In this document: positions 39,511-47,157 of the stretch, in pieces
Numbering within the stretch: the first letter of the stretch is position 1
How the letters are laid out: each line of letters opens with the position of its first letter
Assembly (NCBI GenBank): GCA_041399045.1
Contig: JAWKTO010000016.1
Coordinates: 10,595-74,594, forward strand
Source of the DNA: Pirellulaceae bacterium
GTDB taxonomy: Bacteria > Planctomycetota > Planctomycetia > Pirellulales > Pirellulaceae
Direction: 5' to 3'
Length of the DNA: 64,000 nt
Notes under the pieces: model-generated
Told to the model about the DNA's origin: nothing
Seen by the model: the letters and a program-made list of their open reading frames with translations, nothing else
The model's database searches: none
Position numbers and translations under genes: made by a program

Positions 39511-40302
39511 ATGATTTCTGCGTTTCGAAGCCTGACATTGATTGGATTTTTGTCGTTGTCGGCAACATCTCTTTTTGCTCAGCATGAGCATGTGGATTTG
39601 GAATTGGGCTACGACAACTTGTCTACTCCGGGTTCGCTGATCTTGCATGGCGGTGATTATACCAGCGATGGAATTCGGTTGTTTGAGAGTGGGATGGAAG
39701 AATTGGATCCGTTTGACCCCGGAAACTTCAGTTCGGATGCTCCTGGATTTGCAACGAATGCAGCCGAAGGCATCTTGGTAAATCCGGGTGATCAAATCTG
39801 GATTCGAGCATTGGATGCGGCCACGAACTCCGCGTTTGGTGTTGGATACGTCAACTTCTACAACCCATTGACCGATTCTCTCGAAGCTACTGGGAGAATC
39901 GGATTGTATGACAATTCTACTGCGACAGCTGATCTGATTCTGAATGGAATGTCGGTTGAGTCAGGTTTGTTGTCACAGTTCATTGATATCGGAGATACCA
40001 CCACCCCAGGAGGTATCCACGATCATGTTATTTTCGATCTGCTGGACGATTCGTCCGCTCCATTGGGAGCCTATGGCATTCTGTTTGAGTTGCAAAGCGA
40101 CTTTGCAACGGCAGACGGAATCATGGATCTAACCTCTGAAAAATTCTGGCTGGTTTGGAATCACGGCATGGATGAAGGAGATTTCGATACGTTTGCGCTT
40201 CCTAAATTTGGAGCGATTTCAGCAGTACCGGAGCCCAGTGCAGCTTTACTGTTGGGAATTGCCGGACTGGGAAGCGTTTTGATGCGACGACGGAAGGACT
40301 AG
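39511..40302 (+). CDS. PEP-CTERM protein with HEH motif at the mature N-terminus
   Basis: Signal peptide MISAFRSLTLIGFLSLSATSLFA, then QHEHVDLELGYD. The C-terminus is VPEPSAALLLGIAGLGSVLMRRRK. It starts 17 nt after the DUF1559 gene, and its stop abuts the next ATG. Confidence 0.75.
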   Translation: MISAFRSLTLIGFLSLSATSLFAQHEHVDLELGYDNLSTPGSLILHGGDYTSDGIRLFESGMEELDPFDPGNFSSDAPGFATNAAEGILVNPGDQIWIRALDAATNSAFGVGYVNFYNPLTDSLEATGRIGLYDNSTATADLILNGMSVESGLLSQFIDIGDTTTPGGIHDHVIFDLLDDSSAPLGAYGILFELQSDFATADGIMDLTSEKFWLVWNHGMDEGDFDTFALPKFGAISAVPEPSAALLLGIAGLGSVLMRRRKD

Positions 40303-41658
40303 ATGATATCACGCCCTCGGGAAGCCGATGTCGTGTCTCCAGCTTCGCAGGATGATTTTGAGATGATTTTTCATCCTGCGAAGCCCTTTTTGAGTAACAA
40401 CATGAGCAAGGCACTTCTGAAATTACTGCAAACGGACTTTTGCCCATCATGGAATCGTTACGTCTATTGGTTGAAGCAACCCATTGGCTGGTTCGTCATC
40501 GCGGCGATTGTCGGTTTGTTGATTGCATTGTTTCTGTCATGGAAGGGTGGTACCTTTTCACCATTGCGACATCGATCGTAATGTCTCAGTTGATTTGGCC
40601 GAAATTGCAGATCGCATTGTGTGATTGTCACATTGAGTTTGAGCACAACCGCGTGGATGAAGGCTCGTCAGCGCAAATGCAACTGCATGTTCGTAATCGT
40701 GGGCCGTTCCCGTTGTGTGGGATGGCCGTCAAAAACGGCTTTCTCAAGATTTTCGATGATCATGCGGACGCCAACGAACTACGAAGAAGTAGTCAGAATA
40801 TTGAAATTGCCCTGTCACGTGTGCCGGGATTTTCCACCAACGTTTATTGCTGGGATTTTGTTCCAAAACGGCGCGGTGTTTATCCGATGGAACTTCCCAC
40901 GATGTCTACTGGGTTTCCATTTGGGCTGCATGAGGCTGCGAAAGCAATCCGAACCAAGGAAGCCTAGTCGTTTGGCCTAAGCGAACAGATATTCGCTCAC
41001 TGCCCCTGCAATGTCAGAATTCGTTTGGGATGGACGGTACTCCTACAAACCGAACGGGCAACTCTGGTGAAACGATTGGTACCCGACTATGGAGACAGGC
41101 GACTCGATGCGACGAGTCCATTTGGCCCCAGACTGTCAAGCAAATCGAGAACCTGATTGTCAGAGAGCTTAGCAATCTTTCGACAGGCGAGAAGTGGTCT
41201 TGATACTCGACGACTCATTTGGTCACGACGATATTGTGACTGCAAGCGAGGTTCTGGACGTTCAAGTTCGAGTATTGGCGTCGTTTGTTCAACATTTCTT
41301 GAGACAAGGCGTCAAAACATCGGTTTGGCTGGGAAATCACTTCGTTTCACTTGGTGCCGGAGTCGGGAGTATCAATGAATTTCTCGATAGCCTGGCAATG
41401 TTGGAATTGAGGAATGATAAGAGCGCGATCGCACCGTTGGTTCGGCAAAAGCACGTCGTTCGGATTGGCCATGGCAAGACAGAATTTGAAGAGCAGGCGT
41501 TACTCAACGTGATGGTTGGTGTTTTGGAGAACGCAGCTGGTACCAAACCTGAAAGCAGATACCAAGTTTGCAAGATTGAAACGACAGCCGCGTTGGAATC
41601 GATAGGCGATCATATCGCACTCAATTGGAGGCAAACAAATGCAACGCTTCCAATCTAG
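40303..41658 (+). pseudogene. DUF58 family protein (MoxR-associated, vWA-like), about 5 frame breaks between ~40560 and ~41190
   Basis: Pieces in alternating frames read ...WLKQPIGWFVIAAIVGLLIALFL / ..IEFEHNRVDEGSSAQMQLHVRNRGPFPLCGMAV...GVYPMELPTMSTGFPFGL / LVVWPKRTDIRSLP...GNSGETIGTR / ETGDSMRRVH / WPQTVKQIENLIVRELSNLSTGE / VVLILDDSFGHDD... This reproduces the DUF58 signature G.sGE..g.R.Y..GD..RriHW....k...L.VRE.....v.l.lD.S. Confidence 0.6.
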
Positions 41659-41881
41659 CCTCAACCTTCCGACGATAGCCATTGCGATTGTGGCGTATCT
41701 CGCTGTGCATATTTTCCGAATCGAAAGCAATTGGAATCTTGGATGGTTTGCCTACACGCAACCCATAGCCAGCTTTTTACTATTGACAGTTGGCGTGTTT
41801 GTTTTGAATCGAGGTAAGCGAAAGAAACTGGGCTGGTTACCTGCTCCCTTTGTAGCCTTGGCGATTGCCGCACCGTTCTAG
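41639..41881 (+). CDS. hypothetical 2-3 TM membrane segment, possibly the detached N-terminus of the following transglutaminase-like membrane protein
   Basis: 80-aa hydrophobic ORF. The frame of the next gene is already open from 41818, so a frame break between about 41818 and 41880 could join them. This is not demonstrable from sequence alone. Confidence 0.3.
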   Translation: MQRFQSSLNLPTIAIAIVAYLAVHIFRIESNWNLGWFAYTQPIASFLLLTVGVFVLNRGKRKKLGWLPAPFVALAIAAPF

Positions 41882-41919
41882 TCGGTCTTGTCGATTCGCA
41901 ATCAGGTCACCGAGACAGT

Positions 41920-44064
41920 GTGGACGTCTCTGTCGTAGTATCATTCGCCAATTTAGGACTGGTACTGGCCGCCGCGGGTCGTATTCAGTGGTTTCAAAAT
42001 CTGGCCGTTATGTTTGCAAGTGCCTGCATTGTCGTCGTCATGCCAATGACCAAGAGCACGTGGAGCATTTGGCTGGCAATATTATTCGGCGTACTGGTGC
42101 TATGGTGGTCAATGGGAAACTATTGGCAAAACTTGGACGTCAAAATTGCCGATCGAGTCTCAAGCAATATCGTTGTCCGAACGAAAACGATGGCCTATTT
42201 TGTTGTCCTCATCAGTTTGCTGTGCTACTTGCTATTCCCGTTTTTTAACGACTCCAATATCGATTCACCGTCTCTGTCCTGGTTTTCAGGTGGCGATAAA
42301 TATAGCAGTGACTACGCACGGGACGGAATTGGTGATGGCAATATGGTTAAGGCTGCTGTCGATGACCCAAAAACGTTTGGTCCAGTCGATTCCGATATTT
42401 TCCTGGAGTCAAAAAGGCCTTCCTTGTTTGACGTCGCGAACGAAGTTTACGGCAAGCCACGGAAGCCTTCGGGCGCTCACAAAGCGATCGCACTGGGGCA
42501 AGAGAAGCTTCGTCACAATCACGGCAAATTGGCGCGCAGTGAGGTTGGTGGGGCTGAGTTTTCGACTGCTCGTGAATCAAAATCTGCAAAGGCAACGCCA
42601 GGCGAAGACATTCGCACTGCGGCGTTGTTTTTGGTAAACGGATCGATGCCAAGCCGATTTGCAGTGGCAACCTACGAGATTTACGATTCGGGAATCTGGA
42701 AAACGATTACGCCAACTGAAATCGCTGAAACCAGAACGCTACCTGGACATAAGAAAAATGAAACCGTTGCGAATGACAACATCATCTTGAAATATTCTCC
42801 CGTGAAGGCGATGTCCGAGCTGGGAGAGTTCTGGATGCGAGTCAGGTCGTTTTCGAATTCGTTGCTTTTGGCATCAACTGAATATTCTGCAATTGAAGTT
42901 ATTAATTTCTCTTCGACCGCTGTACCTTCATTGCCTTGTATCGAAGCGGTCAAAATTGAATCGGTCGACCGAGAGGATTTCTGGGGAGTCAACGTGGACG
43001 GCATCGTCCACCTTACCAACAACTCGGATCGGATTCCTGATTTGACCGTTGTCCATACATTGGCCAGAGGGATTAGCATCTATGAGGCAAACGTAAATCC
43101 TGATCGCGTTCGTAACTTACTACGATCTCGTCGTGGAAAAATGGAACGATACCTGACAGGTCATGGCGATTCTGCGATCCGCGACCAGCTCGTTCAGCTG
43201 GGCCAGGAATGGACACAGAACTGTCAATCGGATTGGTCCAAAGTAGAGGCAATTGTCGATCGATTGAGACAGGACTTTGTCTACACGGAAAACGCATCGG
43301 ACATGGGAGAAAGCCAGGATTGCATCCATTGTTTTCTGGAGCGTCAGGAGGGGCCCGACTATATGTTTGCCTCACTCGCGGCGTTGATGATTCGAGAACT
43401 TGAAATCCCCACACGAGTGGTTTCTGGATTTTTGCCTGATCCGAAAAACTTCGATTCTAAGACGGGAGTTTATCCTGTTTTTTCAAATGACTTGCATATG
43501 TGGACCGAGGTCTGTCTCGATGGAGAAGCGTGGATCCCGATCGAACCTACCCCAGGTTTCCCCATGCCGAAATATCGATTGACCTGGTTGCAACGTGGGC
43601 ATTTGTTTTTTTCATCCATGGGAGAATGGAGCCGAAGAAACTGGTTTTGGCTCGTAGGAATCGTTGCGTTGGTCTTCGTTGGATACATCGCACGAGGTCA
43701 CATTATCCACGCTTCCAAAATTGGGCGATGGTATATCGCTTCTTCCGGCGAACTGGAGCAACTCGTGCTGGTGACCGCGGATCTTATTGATTTTCGTGTC
43801 AAGCATTTTGGTTGTCCGCGACCGGCGGGCATAACGCAAAATCGATTCCTGCAAGACCTGTGTAAGGAGTTGGAATGGAGCGAAGGCGATAAAGTCGATA
43901 TTCGACGATTCGGCTCGGTATTGAATCGAGTGCTCTACGGTGGAGCCAGTAACGATTGGGATTTAACATCAATTGCAAACGCAAAGACGGCATGCAGAAA
44001 GGCAACGGAAGCGTGCCGACGGTCCGTGTTTAGAAATGGGAGGATTCGTGAGTCAGAATGTTGA
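41920..44064 (+). CDS. TgpA-like membrane protein with transglutaminase-core-like domain in which the nucleophile Cys is replaced by Asp
   Basis: 714-aa ORF with a GTG start. It has N-terminal TM helices, a large middle domain and a C-terminal TM helix. The core motif is FLERQEGPDYMFASLAALMIRELEIPTRVVSGF...NDLHMWTEVCLDGEAWIPIEPTPG. This is collinear with the canonical G-F-C-E-H-F-A-S...AHAW...DPT, but Asp (43357..43359) occupies the Cys position. His (43495..43497) is retained, and Glu sits at the Asp position. Confidence 0.7.
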   Translation: MDVSVVVSFANLGLVLAAAGRIQWFQNLAVMFASACIVVVMPMTKSTWSIWLAILFGVLVLWWSMGNYWQNLDVKIADRVSSNIVVRTKTMAYFVVLISLLCYLLFPFFNDSNIDSPSLSWFSGGDKYSSDYARDGIGDGNMVKAAVDDPKTFGPVDSDIFLESKRPSLFDVANEVYGKPRKPSGAHKAIALGQEKLRHNHGKLARSEVGGAEFSTARESKSAKATPGEDIRTAALFLVNGSMPSRFAVATYEIYDSGIWKTITPTEIAETRTLPGHKKNETVANDNIILKYSPVKAMSELGEFWMRVRSFSNSLLLASTEYSAIEVINFSSTAVPSLPCIEAVKIESVDREDFWGVNVDGIVHLTNNSDRIPDLTVVHTLARGISIYEANVNPDRVRNLLRSRRGKMERYLTGHGDSAIRDQLVQLGQEWTQNCQSDWSKVEAIVDRLRQDFVYTENASDMGESQDCIHCFLERQEGPDYMFASLAALMIRELEIPTRVVSGFLPDPKNFDSKTGVYPVFSNDLHMWTEVCLDGEAWIPIEPTPGFPMPKYRLTWLQRGHLFFSSMGEWSRRNWFWLVGIVALVFVGYIARGHIIHASKIGRWYIASSGELEQLVLVTADLIDFRVKHFGCPRPAGITQNRFLQDLCKELEWSEGDKVDIRRFGSVLNRVLYGGASNDWDLTSIANAKTACRKATEACRRSVFRNGRIRESEC

Positions 44065-45031
44065 CGCGTTAGAAAACGACAAAATCCACAAGTCCCGAAG
44101 TACATCAAAAGTAGACATCGCAACTTCGTTGGGGCGACTTCGCACCGAGTTGAATCGAGCGTTGCGCGGTAAGGAAGCGGTTGTCGAGATGGTGATGGCA
44201 TCGCTACTGGCCGGCGGAAATATTTTGTTTGATGACCTGCCGGGGCTGGGGAAGACGACGCTTGGTCGTGCACTTGCCACAGTCATCGACGGTTCTTTTG
44301 GGCGTGTTCAAGGTACACCAGACCTGCTGCCCACAGATATTACTGGTTTTAATGTCTTCAATCGCAAGACCAACGAATTTGAATTTCAAAAAGGTCCCGT
44401 TTTCAATGATGTCCTATTGATTGATGAAATCAATCGCGCGACACCACGAACCCAAAGTGCTTTGTTTGAAGCGATGGCCGAACGACAGGTGTCGATTGAT
44501 GGTTCAAGTCACTCGCTTTCTCCGACTTTTTTTGTGATTGCGACGCAGAATCCGGTTGATCACAGCGGAACGTATGAACTTCCCGACGCTCAACTGGACC
44601 GTTTCTCGATGAAGCTTGCGATTGGATATCCATCCGAGGAATCCGAGATACAGATTCTCGCCGACGCAGCCAGTCGTACCAGCAACCATTCCATTTCAGT
44701 CAGCACCATTTTGCATTTGAGTGATTTGCAGGACATTCAGCATCACGTTTCATCCATCCAGGTTTCCGAAAAAGTTCAACGGTACATGGTTCGAATGGCA
44801 ACATACGTTCGCAACTATGGGAAAGACGTCCGAAACGGAATCTCGCCACGAGGCTTGATCACACTTCAGCGAGTCGCGCAGGCACATGCGCTCTTGCAGG
44901 GAGATGCATTCGTTACACCTGATCATGTGCAGGATGTTGCCCTGCCTGTACTTCGGGTGCGCGTCACAGGGAATTTTCGAAACGTCGATGATTTTCTATC
45001 GGATGTGTTGAGAAAGGTAGCGGTTGACTAG
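44036..45031 (+). CDS. MoxR-family AAA+ ATPase
   Basis: The sequence reads GNILFDDLPGLGKTTLGRALA (Walker A), RVQGTPDLLPTDITG, LLIDEINRATPRTQSALFEAMAERQVSIDG (Walker B/sensor), and FFVIATQNPVDHSGTYELPDAQLDRF. This is the full AAA_3/MoxR signature. The likely start ATG 44036 overlaps the upstream gene end. Confidence 0.9.
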   Translation: MGGFVSQNVDALENDKIHKSRSTSKVDIATSLGRLRTELNRALRGKEAVVEMVMASLLAGGNILFDDLPGLGKTTLGRALATVIDGSFGRVQGTPDLLPTDITGFNVFNRKTNEFEFQKGPVFNDVLLIDEINRATPRTQSALFEAMAERQVSIDGSSHSLSPTFFVIATQNPVDHSGTYELPDAQLDRFSMKLAIGYPSEESEIQILADAASRTSNHSISVSTILHLSDLQDIQHHVSSIQVSEKVQRYMVRMATYVRNYGKDVRNGISPRGLITLQRVAQAHALLQGDAFVTPDHVQDVALPVLRVRVTGNFRNVDDFLSDVLRKVAVD

Positions 45032-45561
45032 TGTCATCTTTCAGTCGAATTGTCAGTCTAAAACTGTTTTATGCACTTTTGGTTCTATTTGCGATCGCAG
45101 GCTGTGAAACCGAAAAAAATTCAAAAACAACACTTCCCATCCAGGTCGTGGATTTTGCCGACGGCCTACAGGCATTGGAGAAGTTGCACGTCGCCATGAT
45201 TGAAAAAGAAATGACTCTCGAATTGGAAACACAGTCGCAATCGCACGATCATGACGTTTCACACTCGCATGGACACTCAGAGTCCTCGGTACATACGTTT
45301 CGAGTGCCTGAGGCCTATCAAGACCTGTTGTCATGGTTTCCGACGATTGTTGCTGACAGCGATCTGCCCCGCGGTGACTGGGAATCCGCCGTAGCAGTCA
45401 TCGAAGAGATCGAAACCGTACTCATTACTTCAATCACTTCGGGCGACACGTTCGAAGAGCAATGTAACGCGTACGAGTCACATCGAACACAACTCGATGT
45501 TTGTTTTGAGAAATTGAAAGCCGTTGAATCGCAAATTCTCGAATCGACCAATCATCAATAG
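45031..45561 (+). CDS. His-rich lipoprotein
   Basis: The GTG start shares 1 nt with the MoxR stop (taGtg). Lipobox LVLFAIAGC|ETE. The His cluster is QSQSHDHDVSHSHGHSESSVH. Confidence 0.55.
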   Translation: MSSFSRIVSLKLFYALLVLFAIAGCETEKNSKTTLPIQVVDFADGLQALEKLHVAMIEKEMTLELETQSQSHDHDVSHSHGHSESSVHTFRVPEAYQDLLSWFPTIVADSDLPRGDWESAVAVIEEIETVLITSITSGDTFEEQCNAYESHRTQLDVCFEKLKAVESQILESTNHQ

Positions 45562-45572
45562 CGAGAACCAAG

Positions 45573-47120
45573 TTGCAATCGATCCTGTTGGCCATTCTTG
45601 TTCGTGCAATGCAAGTCTTGATTGACTCCGCTCCCTGGCTGGTTGTGGGAGCCTTTGCTGCCAGCTGGATGCGTAATATGGTTGGTAGAAAGAGCACGCG
45701 AGCCATTTTCGGAGGGACTGTTGGCTGGAAGAACGTATTGTTTGGATGGTGTTGGGGGATGCTTCTGCCTGTATGTTCCCTGGGCGTGATTCCTGTTATC
45801 AGGGAAATGCATCAGGCGGGCGTACGTGGGCCAGCGCTTGTTGCCTTTGCAATGTCTGCTCCGCTCTTCAATCCACTTTCCGTCTTGTTTGGTTTGACTC
45901 TTGCGGACCCGATTGCCGTGATCGTCTTTGCATTTGCGAACTTGCTGACTGTAAGTGTGATTGCAGCAGTCGTTGGCATTTTGATGCGAGAGGATAGTAG
46001 CGTTATCGAAGCGAAGTCTGAGAATTTCCAAATGGTCAATCCTGGCATCTTCCGCTCCATCGCCGTCATTCAAGATGCATCTACAGATCTAATCGGCCAA
46101 AATGGCCTCTGGGTCATTATAGGCATCATGATGTCAGCAACGATGAGTACATTGCTCCCGCATGGCTTTTTATCGTCGGATATGGAGGTGACGAATTCGT
46201 GGGCACCAATGTTGATGGCTGTCGTGATGTTCTCGATTTATTCCGGCCCCTTGCAAGTGATGGGCCAGGTCGGCTCAATGTTTCAGCATGGCAATTCAGT
46301 CGCCGCCGCATTTAGCCTGATGATATTTGGAGCGGGGATGAATGTTGGCTTGTTTGTCTCGCTATGGAACTTGCTGGGAAAACGTGTAGTGATTATCTTC
46401 ATCGCAGTTGCTTTGGCGGTAACGATCGCGTTGTCTTTTCTGGTGGGGAATTTTCTGCAGCCCTCTGATGTGATTCCATTGGGGCACACCCACGCATTCG
46501 ATGTGTATACAAATCCGTGGCCTGAATTTTCCAATAGTGATTGGACGCATGCTCGCTCGCTGATTGAACAGCACTACCAAGGCTTTGATTTTGGTGGTGG
46601 TTGGATTCTGTTCGGCCTTTTGCTCATAGGCTTTGGCACGCGAGTTGCGAATGCCAATGGCCGACTGGATACTTGGCTGCGCAAATCACGAGTGGAAATT
46701 CGGCATAGAGACATTCACCTTCCTCAAAATGTGCTGGTGATTTTGGGAGTCGCTGGATTAATTTCATTTAGCATTTTGGGTTGTTTCCTTTATTACCCGC
46801 CCAAAGACAAAGTTTTGGATGATATGAAGTACTTTAATACGGAAGCCGTTTCCGCAGCGAAGACCGGAGAATGGGATTCCGCGATGAAGTGGATTTTATT
46901 CCAGGACGATCTGGCTCGGCGACTGGAGGTGGGGATATGGCTGCGAGAAAGAGACGTCCCTGATTTTCTTCGGATAAAGGGAAAGATCTATCGCGAATAT
47001 TTGGATGAATTGAGACACGAAATCGAGGATCAGGACCTTGAACATTCAAAAATTACCGCGATGAAAGCGCACACTGCATTTCGAAGACTCTATCGAGCGT
47101 ATTCCGAAGATGGGAATTGA
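45573..47120 (+). CDS. ArsP_1/YraQ-type predicted permease (possible metal or metalloid transporter) with extra C-terminal TM plus soluble helical domain
   Basis: 515-aa ORF with a TTG start. The N-terminal LIDSAPWLVVGAFAASWM....LLPVCSLGVIPVIREMHQAGVRGPALVAFAMSAPLFNPLSVLFG matches the conserved 'predicted permease' pattern (LP.CSCG..P....L...G). It has about 8-10 hydrophobic segments and starts 11 nt after the lipoprotein gene. Confidence 0.65.
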   Translation: MQSILLAILVRAMQVLIDSAPWLVVGAFAASWMRNMVGRKSTRAIFGGTVGWKNVLFGWCWGMLLPVCSLGVIPVIREMHQAGVRGPALVAFAMSAPLFNPLSVLFGLTLADPIAVIVFAFANLLTVSVIAAVVGILMREDSSVIEAKSENFQMVNPGIFRSIAVIQDASTDLIGQNGLWVIIGIMMSATMSTLLPHGFLSSDMEVTNSWAPMLMAVVMFSIYSGPLQVMGQVGSMFQHGNSVAAAFSLMIFGAGMNVGLFVSLWNLLGKRVVIIFIAVALAVTIALSFLVGNFLQPSDVIPLGHTHAFDVYTNPWPEFSNSDWTHARSLIEQHYQGFDFGGGWILFGLLLIGFGTRVANANGRLDTWLRKSRVEIRHRDIHLPQNVLVILGVAGLISFSILGCFLYYPPKDKVLDDMKYFNTEAVSAAKTGEWDSAMKWILFQDDLARRLEVGIWLRERDVPDFLRIKGKIYREYLDELRHEIEDQDLEHSKITAMKAHTAFRRLYRAYSEDGN

Positions 47121-47157
47121 CCTCGGTGCCACAGTAACCTCGTCGCTGAAACAATCC

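Noticed and set aside
2622-41881. Programmed ribosomal frameshifting or transcriptional slippage as the explanation for the broken genes
   Set aside because: The breaks are of both signs. There are up to 5-10 per gene. They occur at unrelated sequence contexts with no shared slippery heptamer or long homopolymer. They hit unrelated gene families. Programmed events are single and site-specific.
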